Origin: Parcubacteria group bacterium Gr01-1014_13
GTDB lineage: Bacteria; Patescibacteriota; Patescibacteriia; Magasanikbacterales; GWA2-37-8
Assembly (NCBI GenBank): GCA_007376295.1
Contig: VMGB01000001.1
Span: 413,969-477,968 of the forward strand
Length of the DNA: 64,000 bases
Reading direction: 5' to 3'
Positions 48,075 to 57,010 of the stretch are shown here, piece after piece. The notes beneath the pieces are model-generated. The model made no database searches, was not told where the DNA came from, and worked only from the letters and a program-made list of their open reading frames with translations. Numbering within the stretch: the first letter of the stretch is position 1; every line of letters starts with the position of its first letter. The position numbers and the translations under genes are program-made.

Positions 48075-49427
48075 TTAGTGCAAAATAAAGACGCTGGCGA
48101 TGGAAAAATAAATTGTAATTCCGGTAACATCTACAAAGGTGGCCACAAACGGACTGCTGGCATATGCCGGATCAATACCTAATTTTTTGAAAATAATCGG
48201 AAGCATTGAACCAACGAGCGTTCCCCAAAGACAAATGCTGGCGACGGACAAACCAATAACCAACCCAATAGGCAGACGCTCAGCTGGCCCAAGAATATGT
48301 TGCGGAGTTAAATAAGCGCGTAAAAAACCGATAAGGCCCAGCGCCACACCAAGCGCTATGCCCATAAAAAGTTCGTGGCGAAAAACCCGCCACCAATCCC
48401 GGGCGGTGATATGCCCTAGGGCCATCGCGCGGGTGATAATTGTGGCCGCTTGGGACCCGCTGTTTCCGCCAGTCGATATAGCTAGCGGCACAAATAATGC
48501 CAACGCGGTGACAGCAGCGATAGATGATTCAAATCTAGACAAGGCGGTGAAAGTAAAAAGTTCCGCCACAAAAAGAATAGAAAGCCAACCCACTCTTTTT
48601 TTCCAAATGGTAAAAAATTTACTCTCCAAATAACTGGCATCGATTCGACCTACCGCGCCCATGCGGTAGAGATCTTCGCTGGCCTCTACTCGCGCGATGC
48701 GCAATATATCGTTCATATGAATAATGCCGAGAATTTTTTGATTTTCATCAATAACAGAAATGATATCGCTGTTTTCCTTACCCATCAGTTCAAGCACCTC
48801 TTCTCTATCAGCAGAATGCAAAATTGTCGGCACTTCTCGCGACACCCGCGCGACTTCAATATTATTTGGAGAAGTAACGAGCGTGCGGGCTGGCGCCCAA
48901 CGCACACCTTCTTTAGCCTGAAAAATCACTGTTGGCACTCGCTTGTGTTCCTTCGTATACTTTTGAACTGTATCAATAACGTCGTTAATTTTAGTTTCGG
49001 GCGGCAATTCAAGAAAATTTAAGTCCATCAAACCGCCTGCGGTTTCCGGGCCAAATTTTAACAACTTTTCAATGCGTAGGCGTTTGTCTTGATGAACATG
49101 TTGCAAAATATCATTATGACGCACGCTTGGCAGCTGCTGTAAAATATCCGTCGCATTGTCTTCATCTAAAAAATAAAAAAATCTAGCAAGAGCTAAATCT
49201 GATAATTGAGAAAAAATAAGTTCGCGAGCAGTATCTGAAAAAAACATGGCTGCGGTGGCCTGCTTCTCCGGAGGCAGCATCGCAAAAATTTCCAACTCTC
49301 TGCCGGAAAATTCACTGATAGCATTCGCAATTGTACGGGCATCTTCCTGCTCCAAAATTTGTTGCAATTCTGGGCGGTTATTTTCCCGCAAAAGGATTTC
49401 GATGCGTTGAACAAGCGCTTGATCCAT
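48075..49427 (-). CDS. mgtE: Magnesium transporter MgtE
   Basis: ETAGGLM, CBS pair, GGNSGSQ, DPAYASSPFVATFVDVTG. Confidence 0.93.
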   Translation of the reverse strand: MDQALVQRIEILLRENNRPELQQILEQEDARTIANAISEFSGRELEIFAMLPPEKQATAAMFFSDTARELIFSQLSDLALARFFYFLDEDNATDILQQLPSVRHNDILQHVHQDKRLRIEKLLKFGPETAGGLMDLNFLELPPETKINDVIDTVQKYTKEHKRVPTVIFQAKEGVRWAPARTLVTSPNNIEVARVSREVPTILHSADREEVLELMGKENSDIISVIDENQKILGIIHMNDILRIARVEASEDLYRMGAVGRIDASYLESKFFTIWKKRVGWLSILFVAELFTFTALSRFESSIAAVTALALFVPLAISTGGNSGSQAATIITRAMALGHITARDWWRVFRHELFMGIALGVALGLIGFLRAYLTPQHILGPAERLPIGLVIGLSVASICLWGTLVGSMLPIIFKKLGIDPAYASSPFVATFVDVTGITIYFSIASVFILH

Positions 49428-49562
49428 ATAAAAATTTTGGCAGATTTCCTAGCGCTCTGTAGATTACGTCTTTACCGAACTAGCTAAATTATACCAGGAG
49501 ATTAAATTAAGTCCAGCCAAGATTGATAAAGTAACATTTACAGCGCGGCTATAGAGGAAAAA

Positions 49563-52538
49563 TTAGATTTGGCTTTTAGTTGAAATTTGATATTTCTTCT
49601 TTCGTTTTTCAAACGCCCTTTCACCGCCCTCAAGTATATTACATACCTGTTCGATAATGCCGTCCTCAAATTGTTCTACCGGCACGTTAGGAATATGTTT
49701 TGCTTGATCTTCAAGAGAGCCTGAACTGTATTCAAGACGCGGGATGCGCTTGCCGTTGTAATTAGCAACAATAATCTGTTCGGCGTCTGTATTTACCACA
49801 AGATTTGGATTATGCGTAACCATGATAATTTGCCTATACTGCTTTCTGTCACGGAAATAATTAATCAAATCTTTGTAAACAGAAAGGTTGTCCAGATTTT
49901 CTTCTGGTTGGTCAATAATTAACGGCCTGTAGTCGCCCTTATCAATCTCTAAAAAGAGCATGAGCAGAATAATACCTTTTTGACCAGGTGATAGAACGTA
50001 CAAATCCGTATCATCAAATTGAAGGGATGAAACAATTTCAAAATTAGTTGGGTCGAAAAGCCAATTATAGAAATCTTCGATACTATAATTCTCTCTTAGC
50101 TGCTCTTCGATTGAAATATTCTCCCCTTCAAACACCGTAAAACTGCGTAATATTTTAGCAAGCTCAGTTTCAAGTACCGTGTTGCTAAAATTATTACGAG
50201 CACATTCATCCCACATAACAGTGAGCGCTGTTTTAAGACTGCTGGTCTCCCTAAAATTTCCTTTACGTGTACGATCAATAATATCTAGGCCGCTCTTGCA
50301 ATGAGGATCCAGCCGGTAATTTATCTGGGCTTCAAAGACAAGTTTTTTATCCGTGTCTGTACCAGCCAAAAGTGATTCTTGGAGTGGTTTATACAACACT
50401 TCCATCTGCACTTTTTCTTCACGCAACAAACCAAAATACGAGCAATAAAAAACCATTCTTTCCTTTTCCAGTCGTTCCTTATCAGGTGCTGATTCGGTTT
50501 TTATTTTAGCCAATTCATTTTGCAATGCCTTAATTGATCCATCAAGCGCAAGCGCAGTTTTCTTTTGTTGTTGATATTTGATTTTGGTTGTCTCGAATGC
50601 TCTGGTTTCTTTTTGTTTTTCTTCAATTCCTCTGTTCAGTGCTTGAAGATTATCAAACACCAGATCCGTAACGGCTACGGCCAGCAAAGCCGCCACATCA
50701 GCCTTCGCACCGTCTTTTAATGTTTGAAGTTTGGCGGCAATTTCATTTTTATTCTGATCAAGTACGGTTTTAATACCGGCTTCGTCCATGCTCACGTCAA
50801 AAATTGAAGTTTCGGAAATTCCGAGGACCGACAAAAGCGCGCCGATTTCTTCACGGTACTCTTTGACCTGGGTCTTGAACACTTTAACTTTTGTTTCAAC
50901 CTGTCCAATTTTATTTAATCGTGATTGAAGTTCAATTATTTTAGTTTCAAATTTTTTCTTTAATTCAGAGAGAGCCACCAATTCTTCTTGGCCTATTTTA
51001 TCTTCGGCAGGAAGCTCTGGCAAACTGTTATTTAAACGATCAAATTCTCTTTTCTTTTCATCAAGCATTTTTTCTTTTTCCGGCAACCCCGCAAGTACAG
51101 CAGACAGGTTGCTTAGTTTTTGGTTAATGTCGCGAATCTTTTTTATCACCTGTTCCTTTTCATACTGAAAACCGCTCAACACTCGCACTCTCAACTCATC
51201 AAAATCAGATGCACCCATGCGCTCTGTTTCATCCAGAGCTTGAAAAATAACATTTTCTATTTGCTTTTGTAATTTCTCGCTATTTTTGTGTGAGCAAAGA
51301 TCTTCAACAACACCTTGTGGCAAATATCGAACAAGGCCTTGATCCTCTGAAAATTCCCCAACTTTAAATTCGGTGGTGGCGCCGTCGGCCCAAACAATCG
51401 ATATTTTTGTACCTTTGATCGGGTTTTTATGCTTGATAGCTTTCTTCAAGAAAGCACCATCAGTTTCGTCCTCACTACCGGCGCCATAAGCAATCGCTTC
51501 TGCCAAAGCAGATTTTCCAGAGCCGCGACCTCCGATTAGAGTAGCTAAATCACGATTTAATTCAAGCTCAAAGTTTTCCGGAAACCATCCATTAGAAGAA
51601 GGGATAGAAATTCGTGAGATGACTTTGTGGTCAGGTTTATAATTAGGTGGTGTGGCGCCAATAAATACACGAGCTTCTGGCTCATTTAAAACTTGCTTCA
51701 AGCCAGCAAAAGAAGGATCCGCTTTTATCCAAAGCATGGTCTGGCCCACACGATCTATCTCATGAGCATCTGACGAGTGAAGGACTAAGCTATTTAATTT
51801 GTTAGCACTGAGGTCTTTACGATTTTCTTCAATCTTTGCTGGATTGTCTAAATTTGTTAGAGAAAAATTTGCAGAATTGATGAGCGTACGTTTTTCAGCG
51901 GCCGACTGATCCCATCTGGACTGGTCCCATTCCGAATATCCAATTGCCGTAACAAACCGACCCTTAAAACAATTTTTCTCTAGTAATTTCTCAATGTCTG
52001 CGCGTTTATATGTAATATTGTCAAAACCAACCTCGAGATCTGGCTTGCTTTGGATGGTATTACCGGCTGGAGCGGCCGCCTTTATTTGCTTCCCGAGTTC
52101 TTCAAGCGACCGTACCGTTGGTGTTTGTTGCCAAACCGTACCATCCTGAATTTTATAGCCTGTGGACAAACAATTAAGAAGTTGGTCGCGGATATCTTGG
52201 ACTGTAACTGACTCATCAAATATTACATGAAAATTGTGACGTTTGGTGTTATGTGCCGTACCACTAAAAGTGTCCAAACGAAATTCAATGTTTGGAATAA
52301 TTAACTCTATATTAGGTATCTCATTTTTCCGTGTTAGTAAATATTCGTAACCATCACAAAATAAGTAATCAGTTACAGCTATTGCTTTGATCTCTGGTGG
52401 TAATGAAGCAAGCTTCTCAACAAAGCTATTCCATACCGCTTCTGTAGGACCACCGTAACTCTGGATAATTGATTTTGGCGTATGAACGTGCAGGTCCCAT
52501 TTCCTCCACTCTGAGCCGCGCGGATAAAGATGTGTCAT
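49563..52538 (-). CDS. PHP-domain + SMC/ABC-type ATPase (TrlF family / Ppl-like anti-phage protein)
   Basis: GSEWRKWDLHVHTP, TDY, SDAH (PHP); GGRGSGKS, coiled coil, LSPGQ, IIDQPEENLD, VTHNPN. Confidence 0.85.
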   Translation of the reverse strand: MTHLYPRGSEWRKWDLHVHTPKSIIQSYGGPTEAVWNSFVEKLASLPPEIKAIAVTDYLFCDGYEYLLTRKNEIPNIELIIPNIEFRLDTFSGTAHNTKRHNFHVIFDESVTVQDIRDQLLNCLSTGYKIQDGTVWQQTPTVRSLEELGKQIKAAAPAGNTIQSKPDLEVGFDNITYKRADIEKLLEKNCFKGRFVTAIGYSEWDQSRWDQSAAEKRTLINSANFSLTNLDNPAKIEENRKDLSANKLNSLVLHSSDAHEIDRVGQTMLWIKADPSFAGLKQVLNEPEARVFIGATPPNYKPDHKVISRISIPSSNGWFPENFELELNRDLATLIGGRGSGKSALAEAIAYGAGSEDETDGAFLKKAIKHKNPIKGTKISIVWADGATTEFKVGEFSEDQGLVRYLPQGVVEDLCSHKNSEKLQKQIENVIFQALDETERMGASDFDELRVRVLSGFQYEKEQVIKKIRDINQKLSNLSAVLAGLPEKEKMLDEKKREFDRLNNSLPELPAEDKIGQEELVALSELKKKFETKIIELQSRLNKIGQVETKVKVFKTQVKEYREEIGALLSVLGISETSIFDVSMDEAGIKTVLDQNKNEIAAKLQTLKDGAKADVAALLAVAVTDLVFDNLQALNRGIEEKQKETRAFETTKIKYQQQKKTALALDGSIKALQNELAKIKTESAPDKERLEKERMVFYCSYFGLLREEKVQMEVLYKPLQESLLAGTDTDKKLVFEAQINYRLDPHCKSGLDIIDRTRKGNFRETSSLKTALTVMWDECARNNFSNTVLETELAKILRSFTVFEGENISIEEQLRENYSIEDFYNWLFDPTNFEIVSSLQFDDTDLYVLSPGQKGIILLMLFLEIDKGDYRPLIIDQPEENLDNLSVYKDLINYFRDRKQYRQIIMVTHNPNLVVNTDAEQIIVANYNGKRIPRLEYSSGSLEDQAKHIPNVPVEQFEDGIIEQVCNILEGGERAFEKRKKKYQISTKSQI

Positions 52539-52633
52539 AGATATATAAATTTACGCGTATAGCGTAGCTTAATCGGAATAAAATGACAAGCGATAATCTT
52601 GATTTACAAATCTCTCTATAGTACAATGTATAT

Positions 52634-52787
52634 ACAATTTATATAACGACCTAAACCCTGCGCAAGCAGGGCATGGTCAAAAAACCAACCAAGGTAGTAA
52701 GCTCTCCGTCCAGAGCACCTTGGTTGGTCGTGGGTCGAAAGATCCGCGGGTGGCGCAAGCCATCGCTGGCGGGGAGCTTTTTGTTTT
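52634..52787 (+). ncRNA. Structured leader or ncRNA with three GNRA tetraloops and alternative pairing
   Basis: Promoter TTGATT-17-TACAAT (52599-52627); ccctgc-GCAA-gcaggg, 12-bp accaaccaaggt/accttggttggt, cgtgggtc-GAAA-gatccgcg, ggtggc-GCAA-gccatc; T-tract. Confidence 0.7.
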
Positions 52788-52799
52788 TAAAATTAAATT

Positions 52800-53294
52800 A
52801 TGAACGATCATCTAATTAACGGCTTTGAACACAATTTGATTAAGGGCAAGATAGCCGAAACTATTTTTGAATTAATGTTCCAAGAATCTAAAAAGTTTTC
52901 TGTATTTCACTTTGGCTATGAGTACACCGCCGAATACCTAGCACAATATAATTTAGCATTACCAAAGGAGGTGCTTAGCAATATCCGCCACTCACCTGAT
53001 TTTATTATCGTCACAGAAAATAAAAAGGGTGCTTATTTAGTTGAGGTTAAATACAGAACGCACATTGATAACCAAGAAATGATAGATACAGCTAGACGAC
53101 TTAAGGAACGATGGAACCCATCATATATTTTTGTTATATCTAACGACGGCTTTTATTTTACTCCGGCTAATACCATTATTAACAAAGGTAAGATGGAAAA
53201 ATTAGACAGAAAATGGATCAATAGCGGGCTTCAAACCAAATACTTTAAACTGGTAGAAGATTATCTCTGCCACCACAAGGACAAAAATCTATAA
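52800..53294 (+). CDS. PD-(D/E)XK nuclease-fold protein
   Basis: KGKIAE...SPDFII...LVEVKYR. Confidence 0.7.
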   Translation: MNDHLINGFEHNLIKGKIAETIFELMFQESKKFSVFHFGYEYTAEYLAQYNLALPKEVLSNIRHSPDFIIVTENKKGAYLVEVKYRTHIDNQEMIDTARRLKERWNPSYIFVISNDGFYFTPANTIINKGKMEKLDRKWINSGLQTKYFKLVEDYLCHHKDKNL

Positions 53295-53348
53295 CCAACC
53301 TTCATACCATTGACTCCTTACCTATTTTACCCATATAGTAGTGGCTCT

Positions 53349-54362
53349 ATGGACAAAATAGATCTCAAAAAATATTACATTGAGGAGCATATATTTGAGA
53401 GTTTTTCAGAAAACTCTAGTTTTTTAATTAGCCTTGCCATCTCTCTTTTAAGCGACCGGCTTACAGACCTAGCTTCTTCGGGTTATAAGAAAGGAGAAAA
53501 ATATATACATGATTATAGAAAAGAATTCATACCTGACATGGTTTTTGGAGAACCCTCGCCCACTGATTATCATTTTATAATAATTTTAGATAGAAAATTA
53601 CCTTTAAAAATTAAAGATAACGGAAAAACAAAACTTGCTTTAATGCGGTTACTGAATAACCCTGATTTTATATTAGATATAAATTGGGATCACAGTCGTC
53701 TGGTACGTTTAAAACAAGCTGCAAACGAACCCAAAACAAAAAAACAGATTGATTGGATTCTTAATGAGTTTGTTTATTGTGACGATATCCCCCAATTGCA
53801 AAAAGATGTACAAAAACATTTAAAACGCAACGAGTTGCCAATGATAGATTATATTTTAGAAATAATGGTAATCCAACCAATGATCCAGGAATTATCTAAA
53901 AAATATAAAATACCTACAGAACAAAAACACTTTTTAGAAAGCATTATAGAATACGGAATTGATCATGTCATACAAAATGTATCAAATATAAAAACCGGCT
54001 CATTATCCTATCTTGATTTTTACGGTGGAGTCGTATATTTGCTTAAACCCCACGACGAACGAATCGCTCCACAAATAAAATCGGTTTGGGCCAGCGAAAC
54101 AAACGGGCAACATCTCAAACGCACCGAATCCATTGTTAAATACTTTCAAAAAAAATATCTTCCAATAACCCCATCAACGCCAGCGAATGACACAGATTTA
54201 GATAAGCATTTTTTATTATTTAAACTTGATCGAAATTCAAAATTTAACGATGAAAAAAAGGCGCGGATTATTTTTAATATTCCTGACAATAAACCCTGTG
54301 GAAAAGCTCAGACCAACAAAATTGCCTCAATGAGGCGTAATTTGAAACCCTACTTAAAATAA
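53349..54362 (+). CDS. Hypothetical element protein (start MDKID)
   Basis: Long ORF; the ORF-track TTG at 53310 coincides with a -35 box (TTGACT-18-TATAGT). Confidence 0.6.
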   Translation: MDKIDLKKYYIEEHIFESFSENSSFLISLAISLLSDRLTDLASSGYKKGEKYIHDYRKEFIPDMVFGEPSPTDYHFIIILDRKLPLKIKDNGKTKLALMRLLNNPDFILDINWDHSRLVRLKQAANEPKTKKQIDWILNEFVYCDDIPQLQKDVQKHLKRNELPMIDYILEIMVIQPMIQELSKKYKIPTEQKHFLESIIEYGIDHVIQNVSNIKTGSLSYLDFYGGVVYLLKPHDERIAPQIKSVWASETNGQHLKRTESIVKYFQKKYLPITPSTPANDTDLDKHFLLFKLDRNSKFNDEKKARIIFNIPDNKPCGKAQTNKIASMRRNLKPYLK

Positions 54363-54467
54363 ATGATATAAAGTAATTTTTTGTATCATACTTTTGGCTT
54401 TACAGAGCCATTTTTTTATTTAAAACTGCATATGTAGCTACACAGTTTAATTATTAACTTAAATTTT

Positions 54468-54824
54468 ATGCCCAACGACAAGTTGGAGAATTACGGCCTT
54501 AACATTAAAGATATCGAGGTCAAAACAAAAATCATTGAGAACCAGTCTCTCAAAGCAATTATCGGTTTAAATTTCGGCCCTTTTACAGTAAAGGGATTCA
54601 GAATTAGTAAATCAAAATACGTACCGGATAGCGGGGAAAAAACTAAAAATGGAGAATTATGGATCGTCCCTCCATCGTACAAGGACAGTGGCGGCAGATA
54701 CCACCCGACCTTCTTCATACCACATAAAGAGCTCTGGCAAGAACTCAAAGATCATATCATGACAGAATATGAAAAAGCGGTGGATGCACACTACAGAAAA
54801 CGACTTAATATGCCCGAATTCTAA
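54468..54824 (+). CDS. SpoVG-like nucleic-acid-binding protein
   Basis: LKA...FTVKGFRI...LWIVPPSYK..GRY...F....LWQEL...I...Y pattern. Confidence 0.6.
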   Translation: MPNDKLENYGLNIKDIEVKTKIIENQSLKAIIGLNFGPFTVKGFRISKSKYVPDSGEKTKNGELWIVPPSYKDSGGRYHPTFFIPHKELWQELKDHIMTEYEKAVDAHYRKRLNMPEF

Positions 54825-55056
54825 AACTTATAGCTCTACATAGTTAATTATATATAGTTAACAATATATAATAACTTAATTTAATTAATAATATTACATT
54901 ATAGTTGTTCTATTAAGTAAAAGTTGACTATATGGGGCTCTATTATTCTATTCGGTTCAACCATTATCCTCGCCCTGTGGCGGCATCTGTGATGCCGTCC
55001 ATGGGCGGATATAATATTGCACTTAACTTTACTATTACATTATTTGGTTCGTTTCT

Positions 55057-55263
55057 ATGTTGGAAAACAATAAAGGACAATCTGTTTTTTCCAATGAGGT
55101 GATCGTAAACTTCACTGTCTTTTATAATAGTCTCCTCACGGTTAGAAATAGATTGCTTAGGGAAGGATACAGCATAGAGAATGGTAAAATTTTTAAGCCC
55201 GCTGGAAATTTTGATAAGATATGTTATACTCCTGATAAGTATGACCAAAACCAACCAAGGTAA
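55057..55263 (+). CDS. Small protein upstream of the recombinase (candidate directionality factor)
   Basis: 68 aa, overlaps the recombinase start; function inferred from position only. Confidence 0.45.
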   Translation: MLENNKGQSVFSNEVIVNFTVFYNSLLTVRNRLLREGYSIENGKIFKPAGNFDKICYTPDKYDQNQPR

Positions 55264-56950
55264 TACCTACCTAATCTACGCTCGTAAGAGTACGGATGAT
55301 TCTGAAAATCAAAAAAATTCTATAGACTACCAAGTGGGTGAATGTTTGAGATACTCAAAAACTAATAATCTTGTAATATCTGATTACTCCTTTGAAGGAT
55401 TAAGTAACAACGGTGTAATTAAAGAAAAACATACCGCATATAAAACTTCCGATATCTCCATCAATAAAGATGGTTCTTTTGTGTACCACATTGAACGCCC
55501 AAAATTTAAACAGCTCGTAGACAGTCTAATGAAAAAAGAATTTAAAGGTGTTATCTGTTTGTGTTGGGATCGTATAAGCCGTAATGACCAAGACGGTATT
55601 ATAATTAAAAACCTAATCAAAAATGGCATTGACGTTCGATTTGTCCAAACAAAATATGAAAAGACTAGCTCCGGAGCTTTACACATGGATATAGATGGCA
55701 TGTTCGCGGCACACTACTCTAGAGTAATAAGCGAGAAAGTAAAAGCTGCTTATTCAAAACTTCAAAGCGAGGGAAAATGTACTTACATAGCTCCGATTGG
55801 TTATTTAGATAAGGGTTCAGATAACAAGCCACTGGATTTAGACAGGGCACATATTGTAAAACAAATATTTGAAATGTACTCCGAGGGTGGTTGGAGTTTA
55901 AATCAATTGGCGAAATGGGCAAACCAACAAGGACTAACAACTAAGCCTTCTCGTAGTAAAAGAACTTCTCAAGAAGTAATGTCTGGCGAAGAAAACAATA
56001 AACCAAAGGTCGGTCGTCCTCTCAATGACAAAAGTGTTGAGCTTATTCTTAAAAATCCATTCTACATAGGCAAACTTAAAATTGGCGGCCAAATTATTGA
56101 CGGTATTCATCAGCCCTTAATCAATGTCGGTTTATTTAACAAGGTACAAGAAGTTTTGAAAAGCCGAAATGTAAAGGTCTATTACGTAGATAAAGAATTT
56201 TACACTTTTAGAGGACTGATAACTTGCGATTGTGGCAGATCTTATTCCCCGTACAGAAAGAAAGGTATTGTGTATTATCGTTGTCGTTGTAAAACTGACT
56301 GCACCAGTACCGATACAAACCTCAATGAAAGCGAAATTAATAGGGTTATAAACGATTTGATGGGTCAGATACACTTCAACGACCAAGAGCTCGCCGAAAT
56401 TGAATCTAGGGCAAAATTTGGGCTTCAAGAAGTATCAGATCGTAGAAACACAGAGATGGAAACGTTGAACAAACAAAGACAACGTCTTTTTGATGATTTG
56501 GACTATCTGCAAAACAATAAAATCACACTACTTCGGACAAATGTTTATTCCATGGAGAAAATTAACGACGAAATAAACAGTCTTGAAAGGAGATTAGACG
56601 AAATTGAGGAAAAAATGAAGGCTTACAAAGAAGCGGCCATCGATATGCTGAAGTATGTGCTATCTTTTTCCGAACTTGTAAAAGAGGCTAAGCTATACTA
56701 CGAACACGCACTTGATACTGAAAAAAGGGATATTACCTTATCTGTGTTTTCCGAACTGACTTTCCACAATGGAAGCTTATCTAAATTTAAAGCAAAAGAA
56801 GGCTTTGAAGCCCTCTTTAAAAGACACGACACGATATCTGGCTCCCGGGGTCGGATTCGAACCGACGACCAATTGGTTAACAGCCAACTGCGCTACCGCT
56901 GCGCTACCCGGGAATTTACGACACTAGTATATTTAAAATTTTCGCTTTAG
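55241..56950 (+). CDS. Large serine recombinase/integrase
   Basis: YARKST catalytic motif, RPKF, DRISRN, PIGY, LKNPFYIG, HQPLI, CDCG...CRC..DC zinc ribbon, coiled coil; likely start MTKTN. Confidence 0.92.
   Translation: MTKTNQGNTYLIYARKSTDDSENQKNSIDYQVGECLRYSKTNNLVISDYSFEGLSNNGVIKEKHTAYKTSDISINKDGSFVYHIERPKFKQLVDSLMKKEFKGVICLCWDRISRNDQDGIIIKNLIKNGIDVRFVQTKYEKTSSGALHMDIDGMFAAHYSRVISEKVKAAYSKLQSEGKCTYIAPIGYLDKGSDNKPLDLDRAHIVKQIFEMYSEGGWSLNQLAKWANQQGLTTKPSRSKRTSQEVMSGEENNKPKVGRPLNDKSVELILKNPFYIGKLKIGGQIIDGIHQPLINVGLFNKVQEVLKSRNVKVYYVDKEFYTFRGLITCDCGRSYSPYRKKGIVYYRCRCKTDCTSTDTNLNESEINRVINDLMGQIHFNDQELAEIESRAKFGLQEVSDRRNTEMETLNKQRQRLFDDLDYLQNNKITLLRTNVYSMEKINDEINSLERRLDEIEEKMKAYKEAAIDMLKYVLSFSELVKEAKLYYEHALDTEKRDITLSVFSELTFHNGSLSKFKAKEGFEALFKRHDTISGSRGRIRTDDQLVNSQLRYRCATREFTTLVYLKFSL
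56839..56913 (-). tRNA. tRNA-Asn(GTT)
   Basis: TCCCGGG...GTTGG-CTGTTAA-CCAAT...GGTTCGAATCC...CCCGGGAGCCA; promoter TTGACT-17-TATACT at 56954-56926. Confidence 0.95.
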
Positions 56951-57010
56951 TCAAGATACTAACCTCAATTAAAATCCCCTGTATCCTCAAATGAGAACAC
57001 AAGGGATAAG

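Larger units (their letters stand above)
49454..56844. mobile_element. ~7.4-kb integrative element with a large serine recombinase, inserted at the 3' end of tRNA-Asn
   Basis: Recombinase abuts and overlaps tRNA-Asn; shared core GCTC at 49454-49457 and 56841-56844; joining the ends restores an in-frame recombinase C-terminus; defence cargo. Confidence 0.75.

Noticed and set aside
49438-49441. TGGC as the alternative left att core
   Set aside because: It yields only a short tail (GRFPSAL*) and lacks the flanking symmetry found for the GCTC core; not fully excluded without an empty-site sequence
53310-53348. TTG start of the 350-aa ORF
   Set aside because: The TTG is part of the TTGACT -35 box; ATG 53349 follows the -10 box
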